DNA of 59,644 nt, counting the filler. It is 6 parts of 6 records of this genome, joined end to end, with 100 filler letters (N's around TTAATTAATTAA, not from the genome) between each part and the next. Parts side by side here need not be neighbours in the genome. Positions count along the whole stretch, not along the records: positions 20,181 to 35,255 come from SRR2962707_2767; positions 35,356 to 41,369 come from SRR2962707_2771; positions 41,470 to 51,241 come from SRR2962707_2772; 3 more parts are not named here. One strand, written 5' to 3'. Made by a program: the position numbers and the translations under genes. Position 1 is the stretch's first letter. Each line of letters starts with the position of its first letter. Below the pieces are notes generated by a model. The model did not search any database. It was not told the origin of the DNA and was given only the letters and a program-made list of their open reading frames with translations. Below, in pieces: positions 30,409 to 41,755 of the stretch.

Positions 30409-30857
30409 CCTGAATGATCCCTTTGTCGCCCATCCGAAACCTCCTCATCCCAGATCGCTTTCGAGTGCCTTTTTGGCCCCGCCCAGCCGATGCGCGTTCT
30501 TATATAATTTAAATTCAAAGCGTCAGCCCATCCACCGATAGGAGCAAACTCCCTCCTGTGCAGGGTCCATTTTTATTCTGAAGGAAGTGCTAATTTTTTG
30601 CGCTGCCGCAAGGTAAACTCTGTATAAATTGAGTAACCGTGCATTTGCGCACATGAGACCACATACAAGGTAAACCAACGTAACAAGCCGCTTGAGGGGC
30701 CGCCCGCAGTCTCTGGGGGCATTCTTCTTCTCCTGACATACCTGTCCGCGCACTATAAGAGCCCTACCAAATCCTGTCGTTGACGGGGGCCTGCTTCATG
30801 GTCTTTACACAGCAGGCTCATAAGGCCTTACTGGCAATACCTTTTGGGAGAGACGTT

Positions 30858-31919
30858 ATGAAAATCAGACTCACTTTGGCGGCGACTGTCGCTGTGCTCG
30901 CGCTGAACGCCTCGGCTCAGGCCGACACCCTGCGCCTGCTGACATGGGGTGGCTATGCACCGGATGCGGTCATCGACCTTTTCGAGGCAGAGACTGGCCA
31001 CACGGTCGAAGTTACACTGTCCAACAACGAAGAAATGGTCGCCAAGCTGCGCGCGACTGGTGGCGGCGGCTTTGATCTTGTTCAGCCCAGCCAGGACCGC
31101 ATCGCCGGCCCGCAAGCCGAATTCGGTATCTACAAGCCGATCGATATGTCCAAGATCGACACCTCGCTCTTCATTCCTTCAATGCTCGAAGCGACCGAAA
31201 AGAACACAACCATCGATGGTGAGGTTTACGCCGTGCCAGACGTCTGGGGCACATCCGGCCTGATCGTGAATATGGCCGAGGCCGACAGCGTCGCCGACTA
31301 CACCGATCTCTGCAACACCGATCTGATGGGCAAAGTCTCCTACCGGCTCAAGCGTCCGACATTGATCGGTTTCGCCTTTTCCATGGGGCTTGACCCTTTT
31401 GCCGCCTACAGTGACACAGCCGCCTATCAGGACATCCTCGACCAAGTCGAAGCCAAACTCATCGAATGCAAGCCAGTGGTAAAAACCTATTGGAGCGGCG
31501 GAGATGAGCTGATCAATCTCATGCGTTCGGGCGAAACCGTGGCCGCGATGGCCTGGGACACTGGCGGCTGGAAGCTGAACAGCGACGATGCCAACATCAA
31601 CTTTGTCGCGCCGGCTTCGGGCGCGCTGGGTTGGGTTGATACCTTCGCCCTGCCCGCACAGGGCCGCGCGGATGACGCCGCCTATGCCTGGATCAATTTT
31701 GTGATGCAGCCCAAGATCGCGGCGATGATCACCGAAGAGGCCGGCAACTTCACCGCCTCTGCCGGAGCGGACGAATTCGTCAATGACGCGCTCAAGGCCC
31801 AGTATCAGGCCAGCTTTCCGCCTGCTGCCGTGGACAACATCCGCTGGTATCCCCCTGTCCCCGCCGAGATTGAGCGGATCGAGGGCGAAACGCTGGATCG
31901 CGTTCAAGCTGCTGGCTAA
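30858..31919 (+). CDS. Polyamine-type ABC transporter substrate-binding protein
   Basis: Signal peptide, TWGGY, SNNEEM, WGTSGL and WVDT (PotD/PotF-like). Confidence 0.88.
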   Translation: MKIRLTLAATVAVLALNASAQADTLRLLTWGGYAPDAVIDLFEAETGHTVEVTLSNNEEMVAKLRATGGGGFDLVQPSQDRIAGPQAEFGIYKPIDMSKIDTSLFIPSMLEATEKNTTIDGEVYAVPDVWGTSGLIVNMAEADSVADYTDLCNTDLMGKVSYRLKRPTLIGFAFSMGLDPFAAYSDTAAYQDILDQVEAKLIECKPVVKTYWSGGDELINLMRSGETVAAMAWDTGGWKLNSDDANINFVAPASGALGWVDTFALPAQGRADDAAYAWINFVMQPKIAAMITEEAGNFTASAGADEFVNDALKAQYQASFPPAAVDNIRWYPPVPAEIERIEGETLDRVQAAG

Positions 31920-31935
31920 GGTCTGATGTGACGTA

Positions 31936-31965
31936 TGGCGGCCCGGGGTCAGATCTGGGCCGCCA
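31936..31965 (+). terminator. Intra-operon stem-loop after the substrate-binding gene
   Basis: TGGCGGCCC...GGGCCGCCA. Confidence 0.45.
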
Positions 31966-31985
31966 CTATTTTCGAAGGAAAACCG

Positions 31986-33092
31986 ATGATGACGGACACG
32001 CCCCCAGATCTTGAATGCCGCGGACTGACCAAGCGGTTCGACACTGCCACGGCTGTCGATTCTGTGGACTTCTCTGTCCCTGCGGGGTCATTCTTTTCCA
32101 TCCTGGGTCCGTCTGGCTGCGGTAAGACCACAATCATGCGGATGATCGCAGGTTTTCTGGAACCCACGTCGGGCGACATTCTGATCAAGGGCCGTTCTGT
32201 CTTGGGCGTCCCCCCGAACAAGCGCCCGATAAACATGGTGTTTCAGCACCTTGCCCTGTTCCCGATGATGAACGTTGCCGAAAACATCGGCTATGGCCTG
32301 CGCCGTCAGGGCGTTTCGAAATCCGAAATCATGCGCCGCACCGGCGAGGTGCTGGAACGCATCAGCCTGCCTGGCATCGGCGGGCGCAAGGTGTCCGAAC
32401 TGTCGGGGGGTCAGCGTCAGCGCGTCGCCATCGCCCGCTGCATGGTGCTCGAACCCGATGTGCTGCTGCTGGACGAACCGCTGGGCGCGCTTGACCTCAA
32501 GCTGCGTGAAAAGATGAAGATTGAGCTTAAGGCGCTTCAGGCCGAATTTGACACCACCTTTGTCTACATCACCCACGATCAGGGCGAGGCGCTCGTCATG
32601 TCCGACAAGGTCGCCGTGATGAACGCCGGACGGTTCGAACAAGTCGGTCCGGCGCGTGACCTTTACTACAACCCGGGCACTGCCTTTGTTGCTGGGTTCG
32701 TGGGGGATGCGAACCGATGGAAGGGACGCGTGACCGCGGCCCGCGGCGGCGAGGTAGAAGTGCTGACTGATAATGGTTTGATCCTGCACGCCCGGGGCCA
32801 ATCCTTGTCCGCGGGCGAGCGGGCCGAAATCTTTGTCCGGCCCGAAGCCATCACCCTGTCCCATGCCAGCCACGCGGTCGAAGGCGACGCCAACCAGATC
32901 GCCGTGCAGGTAACGGCGCTGCTGTTCAACGGCGCAAATTCCCGCGTGCTTGTACGCGATCTGGAATCAGGTGCTGAAATCGACGTCGCGCTGCCACAGT
33001 CGACGGCATTCACCGGGCTGGAAAAGGGCGCGCACGTACATATAGGTTGGGGTCGCGACCAATCGCTGTGTTTCGCGGATACGGGCGCATGA
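31986..33092 (+). CDS. Polyamine ABC transporter ATPase (PotA-like)
   Basis: GPSGCGKT, LSGGQRQR, DEPLGALD and a TOBE-like C-terminus. Confidence 0.9.
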   Translation: MMTDTPPDLECRGLTKRFDTATAVDSVDFSVPAGSFFSILGPSGCGKTTIMRMIAGFLEPTSGDILIKGRSVLGVPPNKRPINMVFQHLALFPMMNVAENIGYGLRRQGVSKSEIMRRTGEVLERISLPGIGGRKVSELSGGQRQRVAIARCMVLEPDVLLLDEPLGALDLKLREKMKIELKALQAEFDTTFVYITHDQGEALVMSDKVAVMNAGRFEQVGPARDLYYNPGTAFVAGFVGDANRWKGRVTAARGGEVEVLTDNGLILHARGQSLSAGERAEIFVRPEAITLSHASHAVEGDANQIAVQVTALLFNGANSRVLVRDLESGAEIDVALPQSTAFTGLEKGAHVHIGWGRDQSLCFADTGA

Positions 33093-33952
33093 CCCCCGGG
33101 CGGCTAAGCTTTTTCCTGCTGCTGGCACCCCTTGTGCTGTGGCTCGGGCTGCTGATCGTCATACCGCATATCGACATGGCTCTGGTGTCCCTGCGCACCC
33201 GCGTGGGCCCGGGCGAATATGCGCCCAGCCTGCAGAACTACGCCGATTTCTTTACGCAACCGCTCTACCTCGTGACTTTTGCACGCACGGCGGTCATGTC
33301 GGTTCTGGCGACGGCAATCACCCTAATCATCGGCTTTCCGATCAGCTATTACATCGCCAAGATCGCCAAGGGCCGCAGTCAGGCAAGTTTGTTCCTGATG
33401 TGCCTCATTCCGTTCTGGGTGTCTGAACTGGTACGCACCTTTGGCTGGATCATCCTGCTGCGCGAAACCGGGGTCATCAGCGGGTTCCTGCAGTGGGCGG
33501 GCCTTGCCGATCAGCCGGTCGAGATGCTGTACAACGACGCTGCGATGATGCTCGGATTGGTCTATACCTCGATGTTATTCATGGTCGTGCCGCTGACGAC
33601 AACACTCGAAAGCCTTGATGACGCGGTGATCGAGGCAGGCTATGACCTTGGCGGAAATGGGTTTTCCGTACTGCGCGAAATCGTCATTCCCCATGCCATG
33701 CCGGGCATCGTTTCGGGCTGCATCGTTGTTTTCATGCTCTCGCTGGGCAACTACCTTACCCCAACGATGCTAGGTGGCAAGGATTCACTGTGGTTCACCC
33801 AACTGATCTATTCCCAGTTCATCGTCCGCTTTAACTGGGAACTGGGTGCGGCTTTCGGGTTCTGCCTGCTCGGGGCGAGTTCGCTGATCGTCTGGGGGAT
33901 GCTGCGGCTGACCGGGCAGACGCTGGAACGCACGATGGGAGAGGGGTCATGA
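33089..33952 (+). CDS. Polyamine ABC permease (PotB-like)
   Basis: IPFWVSELVRTFGW and EAA-like EAGYDLG. Confidence 0.88.
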   Translation: MTPGRLSFFLLLAPLVLWLGLLIVIPHIDMALVSLRTRVGPGEYAPSLQNYADFFTQPLYLVTFARTAVMSVLATAITLIIGFPISYYIAKIAKGRSQASLFLMCLIPFWVSELVRTFGWIILLRETGVISGFLQWAGLADQPVEMLYNDAAMMLGLVYTSMLFMVVPLTTTLESLDDAVIEAGYDLGGNGFSVLREIVIPHAMPGIVSGCIVVFMLSLGNYLTPTMLGGKDSLWFTQLIYSQFIVRFNWELGAAFGFCLLGASSLIVWGMLRLTGQTLERTMGEGS

Positions 33953-34797
33953 TCCCGTCGATCCCGCAACCGTGCGGCGTACGTCTGATCTACAAAGCCT
34001 ATGTGGCGGTTTTTTTCTTATGGCTGGCTCTGCCGCTGGTCACCGTATCGGTCTTTGCCTTCAACGACAGCCAGTTCCCCTCACTCCCTTGGGAGGGATT
34101 CACATGGGGTTGGTTCTTTGGCGATACGCGCCCGCAAATCGGGCTGTTTCACGAACGCCGCATTCTGTCGTCGATTTGGACTTCGGCCTTTGTCGCCTTC
34201 TGGGTTTCTGTGCTGGCGGTCACGGTGGGCACGACAAATGCCTTTTTGTTCAATCGCTACAGCTTTCGCGGTCGCGGGTTGCTGTATGTACTGATGCTGC
34301 TGCCGCTGGTCGTGCCGGGTATCGTTCTGGGTATTTCGATTCTGGTGTTTTCCTCTTGGGTCGCCGGAACGGTTCAGGATCTGAGCGGCGCTTATGTCGA
34401 AGCGTTGCGCCCCGGTCTGCCCCTTGTCATCGCAGGCCAGTTTTCGTTCATCACGACGATTGCGACGCTTGTGATTTCGGCGCGTCTGATCAAGTTCGAC
34501 CGCTCGCTGGAAGAGGCCGCGCTGAACCTTGGCGCGTCACCTCTGACGGCGGTGCGTACCGTCACCATGCCCTACCTAATGCCCGCGCTGGTGGGGGCCT
34601 TTGTGGTGGCGTTTCTCATGAGTTTTGAGAATTTCAACACGACGTTGATGCTGGTCGGGTCCGACGCGCCGCTGACGATCACGATGTTCGATAGGCTTAA
34701 GGAGGGGTCGACCCCCGTGCTGAACGCGGTGTCGCTGCTACTTATGGTCGGGTCGGGTATGCTCGCTCTGGTGATGATCGCGTTTCAGCGGCGCTGA
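33949..34797 (+). CDS. Polyamine ABC permease (PotC-like)
   Basis: LEEAALNLGASP and FLMSFENF. Confidence 0.88.
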   Translation: MIPSIPQPCGVRLIYKAYVAVFFLWLALPLVTVSVFAFNDSQFPSLPWEGFTWGWFFGDTRPQIGLFHERRILSSIWTSAFVAFWVSVLAVTVGTTNAFLFNRYSFRGRGLLYVLMLLPLVVPGIVLGISILVFSSWVAGTVQDLSGAYVEALRPGLPLVIAGQFSFITTIATLVISARLIKFDRSLEEAALNLGASPLTAVRTVTMPYLMPALVGAFVVAFLMSFENFNTTLMLVGSDAPLTITMFDRLKEGSTPVLNAVSLLLMVGSGMLALVMIAFQRR

Positions 34798-34806
34798 CAA
34801 TACGAA

Positions 34807-34830
34807 CGCCCGCCTCTAGCGAGGCGGGCG
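34807..34830. terminator. GC-rich hairpin between convergent genes
   Basis: CGCCCGCCTC-TAGC-GAGGCGGGCG. Confidence 0.7.
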
Positions 34831-34864
34831 GGCATTAAACAGCGGCGTTTGGAATCTGACAGGT

Positions 34865-35255
34865 TCAGAAACACGCCTTTAACAGCGCGGTGGTATTTTC
34901 CACGTTCATCTCGACAGGGTTGCCCCCAACGCTTGGGTCCTGCAACGCCGACGCCACAAGCGCATCGATATCCGCGTCCGTCACACCCAGATCAATCAGG
35001 TTCGCCGGAATCTTCAGTTCGGTATTCAATTCACCAACAAAATCATAAAACCCTTGGAATCCGCCGTCGATCCCCAGATACCGTGCCGCCATTTCCAGAC
35101 GATCCTCGATCGCGGGGCGGTTGAACATCAGCACCGGCTGCATAACCACCGCGTTGGTCGTACCGTGGTGCGTATGATGCCAGGCACCGATGGGGTGGCT
35201 TAGGGCATGAATTGCGCCCAGACCCTTTTGAAAGGCCGTGGCCCCCATCGCGGCG
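34865..35255 (-). CDS. Iron-containing alcohol dehydrogenase, C-terminal part
   Basis: AFQKGLGAIHALSH, HHG and DPSVGGNP. Confidence 0.88.
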
Positions 35256-35355
35256 NNNNNNNNNNNNNNNNNNNNNNNNNNNNNNNNNNNNNNNNNNNNT
35301 TAATTAATTAANNNNNNNNNNNNNNNNNNNNNNNNNNNNNNNNNNNNNNNNNNNN
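35256..35355. other. Artificial contig spacer
   Basis: N-run + TTAATTAATTAA + N-run. Confidence 0.97.
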
Positions 35356-35383
35356 AGAGAGAGAGAGCGAGAGAGAGAGAGAG
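35356..35383. repeat. (GA)n microsatellite at contig start
   Basis: AGAGAGAGAG run. Confidence 0.9.
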
Positions 35384-35599
35384 AAGGGAGTGAGATTCGG
35401 CACACTTCGACAGAAACCGCTATCTCGAGCGAATATTTCGTTAACGACAACATTTCACTCAAATAAAACATGAACAGCATACACGGTATTCTATAACCCG
35501 TTATAATACATACATAAGTAACACAAGTGCGTTGTAAAAGCACTTCAGAAACGTCTACGAAGGGCAATCGTGGCCCGCCACGATCCCCCGATCGTTGTG

Positions 35600-38500
35600 G
35601 CAATTCATCATCATTGCGGCTGCATGTGTGTATGTATGTGGTACTTGCCCCGCGCTGAGACTCCCTCAACCGACGGGAAGGCGATACGCCCGCGGAGAGC
35701 CTGGGCCACAAGCGTCTTTGGACCCTACAAAACAATTCATCGTGGTGCGTGAGGGTCTTCGTGGGCAGTAAACAGTGTGACACGGGACAGCTGAGAATGT
35801 ACAAAGTGGTTTGGCTGGGCCCAGAAAAAAAACAGAGACGCACCTGCTTCCAGACCAATGGCGATGTCAGCAGCGTCGAGGCGTCGCAAGCCAGCCATTG
35901 GATTGCTCAGCCCTACACCGTACGCACCAAATAAAAAGCCACCCATCAAAATCACAACAAGCAGAGTTGGCTATTACATCGCGTCCGTGGGATTGTTTCC
36001 CACGCACCAATGTGGTCTGCATTCTTCTTCATGATGAGCTCATATTCCTCTTGTTGCAGCTGCCCAGCGCTCACCATCGTTAAGAAGTCCAAACCCTTAT
36101 TCACGTGATCAAGGTACCTGCAGACAACACAAGCCAAAATATGATTTTTTCCCGAAAACTGTCAAACGTGTGACAGCAAAGATCAGCGTCGCGAGAAACG
36201 CACCGCTTCCAGAACTCGAACGCGACCATCCCAGGAAATTGCAGACACCAGTTTGGTCCAGGAGCAGACTCTTTCAAGCGAAGCAACAGACTGTCGCTGA
36301 TTTTCTGCAAAAAGCAAGCCAGGAAATCAGAAGGAAACCCGGCAAGCGCACAAACCCCACGATCCACAAACAGGCTTCGGAAACGGACGGCCCACACCGT
36401 GCGGACTTACTGCCGCACGCACTGGCGATGCCAAAGACGCAGCTTCTGCACCACGGCGAGCACTTGGAGACTGGCCGTACCCAAACACGTCAACAGACTC
36501 GGAGATGTGCCGGAGGTTTTCCATCGCTGCATTTTCTGCAAGCTCAACATCATCTTGGCGCAGTTCTCGAACAACTTCGATCGCGTCAAGATCAATCGCG
36601 ATGTGGGGCTTGAAATCAACAATTTCCTGTTCAGCAACACTGCGTGACGAATCGATTTATTTTCGAAAGCACCCAGTCGCCACGCCTATGCGACACGCAC
36701 CTCGAGTTCCATGTTGGCAAAATCGGACCGTCGGTAAAGATGCAACTGGTTGTTTCGAACCTGCGAACAGTGAAGGTCGACCATGTCAGCGGTCGAAAAA
36801 TGCGAGTGGCGTGACTTAGCTCCCCCAGCCATCTTCTACGCACCGTGAGCCCCCAACAGTCATTCCACGTGGGAGAAGTCCCGTCCATACGGCGAACACG
36901 GACTTTGCATAGCGGTCCGCAAGGTGCGCATTTCTTGCCAGGAAGCAAATGTGGGAATCAAATGAAAAAGGGGAAAGCTGTTCGCTGCAATGTCGGAGGA
37001 ATGCGAATGGACTTCGGACGAACCAACACATCGGGAGGAAACCGCTCAAATCCATGCTCGGCCATCCACTCGTCGCCTTGCCCAATGGTTCTTCACACGC
37101 GCGTCAGCCACCAAAGCAACATTGTCAGCAATCTGCGTGAAAAGCAGAGCCGGAAACTATTCTGCGCTACAACGATACGTCCAAGAACTCACACAACGCG
37201 CTCGTGCTCCGCGGGCAGGGGGGCGGGGATTTGCAACGTTTCCAATCGCGAAAAGTACCTGACACGACCAGCATCGGGCACAACCGCTGTGTAACACCGT
37301 GTCGACCAAATGTGGGCAAACTTGCGGACGTGCGAAACATGTCCCAGCTTACGAATGCCACAACCGGAGCTGAATTTGGTTCGTCAGTGGCCACAGGGTG
37401 TCTGGGAAAGGTATAAATCGAGGATTCTGGAACTTGGCGCGGTTCGAAGGCATGCGGAGAAAATCCCAGATGCTTCGACAGTGTTCATAAACCTTGCCAC
37501 AGCATCCAAAAACGTGAGTGCGCCCCATGAGCTGAGACGTCAGACATTCGCAAAAGCAGCCGTGAATGAAGCGCGCACCCCGGCTTTGGCACGGGCTCCA
37601 GAATTATCGCACAGGAAGTTTCCGAATTGGCAAGAATGAACATGCTCGGCTAAGAAGAGCAAAAGCGCTTCGGAAAACTCAAACGATGTGGGAAACTGCG
37701 CCAGCAACTTCAGCACCAACCAGGCAGTACGCACAAGCACATCACGCAAATGCTAGAAACGAAACCCTAAGCGATGTCGAGGAACCACCTTGTTCGCCAA
37801 TACAAGCATTTGCATAAATTTCGCGCACCTGATGGCAAACGTCGAGCCACTGTACAAAAATCGGGCTGCACTCCTTGGAGTTGGAAAAATAGCGCTGGTA
37901 ACCGCGGGTGTCAACATCATCTTCTCGGGCGTGCTTCGGTGGCTCACCATGAGCATGGCGCTGGCCAAATTTATGTCCTTTGCCAAAAAAAAAAGGGGGG
38001 CGAATGTTGCTTTGCGTGAAAATCAATCGCTACATACGCGTTCAACAAGAACTGCGGCAAGAAAAACGTACCGAAGGAGCACCACTCCTTTTCGACGAGC
38101 ACCGCGAAACCATCGAACGTGCGATAGAAGGGGTCCAGCAACACCTGCATAAGCCCATGATTGCGGAGTGCGTCGTGACTTTGACACGTCGTGCTGCACT
38201 ACATAGTGTGGCAACAAAAGTGCCCACATATCGTCGATGCAACAATCACCCAAAGACGAACAGACCTGAGCTGTCGCTGTGAGCTGGGGTGTCCGGTCCC
38301 AACCGTCGCTGCAGTGCACTGAACGAGCACCGTGCAATGAAGCCCAAACCACGGGTAAATACCAAAACGCAAAATTCCAGCACTCATTTTGAAGGCAGTT
38401 GCAAGCACCACCAAAGCGTCACGAACCAATAGCAGAGCACTTTTCAACGCCAACAACCCGTGCCAGGCGGGTTGCACCTTTGAGAATAAGATGAATGTGA

Positions 38501-41160
38501 TGAAGCCAATCTGCGCGGGCAGACCCAGCGGCAGCATCGCTGTCGTCAAGGTTTTCGCAGCAACGAGCCAGCGCGGTCAACGAGTTGCGCATGACATGGA
38601 TGTTGCCAATTCCAAGGTTATTCATGACCGCTCTATTGTATCGGCCTTCATCCTCCTGCCCGCCTCCTGCATGCAGTCAAGGACACCGGAGAGTGTAAAC
38701 GGCTTTGAATCAAGACAAGCCCGACGAACGGAGGGCCGGAAGAAGAAATGCTTGTCAGCACCAGCGCAATGGTGGCCCTACCTTTCAAGCGGGTGGCCGC
38801 ACTGTTGAGGGTCGGACGGGCATCAAAGATGTGGAGGGCGGCTTGCTCAGAATCTTCCCCCACCAACGTGGTTACCCCAAATATCCCCCTTTTCTGCGGC
38901 AAGAGGAAACAGACAGCATTGCCCATCGTTAAGTCACGACAACGCTGGGCTGCGTGAGCAGCTCGACGGGGGGGGAAGGCTCAAGTTTTTGTTTATGCAC
39001 CACCTGTTGCACGTTGCCGGAGCAACGATAAATTTCTGCCAGCTTCTCGTCGTCTGCGCTGTTTTTTTTCGAGACTCCCACCTGGTACGCAAAGGCGGAT
39101 GCCACGCATACAAGAATTCATCTCAGTCAATTCCTTCAAAATCAGCGGTGACCACTGACGGCATGCCCTGCAGCGTGCAGGACAGAGTACCAATCGCGAC
39201 GGAAAACACACCAAGGGCATTGAACATCGAGCAATGACACGGCCATTCGTCGGGTGCACCCAGACGATGGCCGGGATACGACGCTTTGATCGGAACCCCA
39301 TAACCCCCAAGATCTCCTTTTCATTGAACAGCTCTGGGCGAGGAAGCAGCACAAACGGTGGATACGACGGAAGAGCGCGGAAGTCAGAGTTGTCGTACCT
39401 GTTCCACGGTAAGTACAAAGCGGTCAACAAGCGATTGCAAAACAACCCAGCTCCGTTGACCAATCAAGACGATGTTGAACGATCTATTGCAAAAAATCAC
39501 CGTACAATGCCCAGGGTGAAGAATGGCCAAGAGCATTCATGCGCGCAAACTCCGCCATCTCGTTGTACGCTGCCCACCCAACCTTTGGAGCGCGGTGGGG
39601 CGGAGGTGGGCGAGGCGAAAGCCCACGTCGTTGGCGGGGAGGCGCCGGGGTGGCTGGCGTGTTGTGATCTTGCTCCACCACATCGAGCCACATATCAGAC
39701 TCCAGGCGTTTTATGGCATCTTGTGGAAGGCCACGGGCTCGACGGCTTTCAATGGCTGGCTGTGCTAGTCGAACGTGAGCTCGGGAGAACGCGTACGATG
39801 ACAAATCTGGGCTCGTTGGATCTTTGTATGTGAGAGCCACGACTTTTTGAAAAAGGCGCAGAGTATCAGCTGCATCTTGGAACGTGAATTTCAAGCTTCG
39901 AAGCGTTTTTGTTTGGGCTGCAACAACGCAACCGCCATCAACTAGCTTCACTGCCACAAGTGACAGCAATGGAATTTGGAACGGGTACGCCTGTGCAAGG
40001 AGGAGGCGGCGGAGAAGGAGCAGGAGGAGGAGGAGAGCCAACGTGCAAGAAAGGGCCACGCTCATCAGTCAGCTTCTCGAATAGTCAGTTGTTTTTGTGT
40101 GCTGAGCAAACAAACGGAAACGAACTTTGACGTTGCGGTCGGCGTAGCTGAAGAAATGCGGCATAAAGACCAGGCGGTAGCTAGTCAGGTATACTCGGCC
40201 ATAGACAGGAATCTTCGAGACCTGCCCGTTGAGCATGCAGCTGAGCATGACATCACACGTCTGCGGCAGGTACTCCATAAACTCTGTCTGGTTCATGAGA
40301 AAGGGTGGTCGAAGCGACATGCCTTCCAAAACAAAAACATTTTTCAGACCAAGCTTGCTGAGAAAACGGGACCATTTCCGCAATGCAGCCCTCCAAAGAA
40401 CAAAACTGCCCATTCAGACATGGGAGTCCGCACCTTGATTCTCTATCTCTTGATTGCAGAACAGCAAGGCGTCTTCGTAATTCAGCAGTGCGGATGCAGT
40501 GCTTGCGCTCAGCCCTGGCATTCCATGTGGCGCGCGCAATCGTAGACACAGACAGTCAGTGGCCAAGCTCGAGTCGATGTGCGGTCCATGCAATGGAACA
40601 ACCGGGGACATACCAGAATGCTGCTTGTGGAAAATGTTCTTCAAAATGTCACCGACCGACACTGCAGGCTCCGCGCCATCTGCAACGGTGCCTTTCCGCT
40701 CGCGCGGGTCGAACAGGGGGGCCAGTGCTTGGCGGCAGTACAGCAGCGCTAGAACCAGCCGCTGAAAGTTCTCCCTCGAGTGCCCGTTCTCAAAGTCGAA
40801 CACTTTGATGCTGCGTCCCGCCACTGTGTCGCTGCCGTTGTAGTCGAACTGCAGCTCCAGCGTAGGGCTATTGGCCGTTGAGCCTGTCTGAGGATCTCGG
40901 TGCACCACCATGTGCCGGATGTGCTCCACGGCTGTCCGCCTCAACTTCCCGCTGCGCTGGATCACCAGCACCCCAGCCTCCAACTCCAGCGTGAGCTGCC
41001 CCTTGCGGATGCCTTTCGTGCCTGCTGCGTGCTGCTGGACGGTAAAGTTCTTTTTCGTCAGATGCTTGGGGAGCCGGAACGACCGCTTTGCGCCGAGGAA
41101 CCGAACGCCGCCACCCGCTGAGGCTGGGGCTGAGGCTGCAGAAGAAGTGGAGTCGCTCAT
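35600..41160 (-). CDS. Eukaryotic multi-exon myotubularin-family phosphoinositide 3-phosphatase (3' end approximate)
   Basis: Ordered exons on the minus strand: GRAM-like [42 protein letters not shown]...[23 protein letters not shown], catalytic [13 protein letters not shown] (38266-38318), [29 protein letters not shown], and [10 protein letters not shown]...[12 protein letters not shown] introns occur at, e.g., 38319-38426 and 40515-40613. Confidence 0.9.
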
Positions 41161-41340
41161 TCTGCTGAAGGAAGCGCCAGCGAACTTCGATCGAGGGCGG
41201 AAGGCGCGGGAACCCAGCGCAAGGGGAACGCGCAACAACAGACAGGTGGGGTGGGGTGCCGCTGACTGACTGTGAAGGAACGCAGAGAAAAATGTAAGAA
41301 CAAGCAAGCGAAGTTGCAGCCACTTTTGAGAAGGGAATTT

Positions 41341-41369
41341 AGAGAGAGAGAGAGAGAGAGACAGAGAGA
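41341..41369. repeat. (GA)n microsatellite at contig end
   Basis: AGAGAG run. Confidence 0.9.
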
Positions 41370-41469
41370 NNNNNNNNNNNNNNNNNNNNNNNNNNNNNNN
41401 NNNNNNNNNNNNNTTAATTAATTAANNNNNNNNNNNNNNNNNNNNNNNNNNNNNNNNNNNNNNNNNNNN
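41370..41469. other. Artificial contig spacer
   Basis: N-run + TTAATTAATTAA + N-run. Confidence 0.97.
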
Positions 41470-41723
41470 ACGAAATTGGACTGCACCGCGCCGGTGATCA
41501 GCACCGTATCGGCACCTTCCGCGAGGGCTGCGCCGAAATAGTATTCAAGCTGCCGCGCCTTGTTGCCACCCATGGCAAGGCCGGTCAGGTCATCGCGCTT
41601 AACATATAGCTGCCCATGTCCTGTTGCGTTCATGATGCCCGACAGGGGTGCCAGCGGGGTCGGTGCATGCGCAAGGCGCACGCGCGGAAACGCCAGGATG
41701 GAATCGGTTTCAGTTTGCAGCAT
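41470..41723 (-). CDS. D-cysteine desulfhydrase / ACC deaminase family, 3' truncated
   Basis: PTPL, YVKRDDLTGLAMGGNKAR (PLP lysine) and TGAVQSN. Confidence 0.88.
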
Positions 41724-41755
41724 GAATGTTCTCCCCACAGAATAAGTTTACTGAC

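Noticed and set aside
35605..35630. HHHCGC as a FYVE zinc-finger motif of the myotubularin
   Set aside because: It lies on the opposite strand and lacks the remaining FYVE cysteine pattern
35356..41369. Horizontal transfer of a eukaryotic gene into a bacterium
   Set aside because: The segment is a separate contig bounded by spacers, with spliceosomal introns and microsatellites
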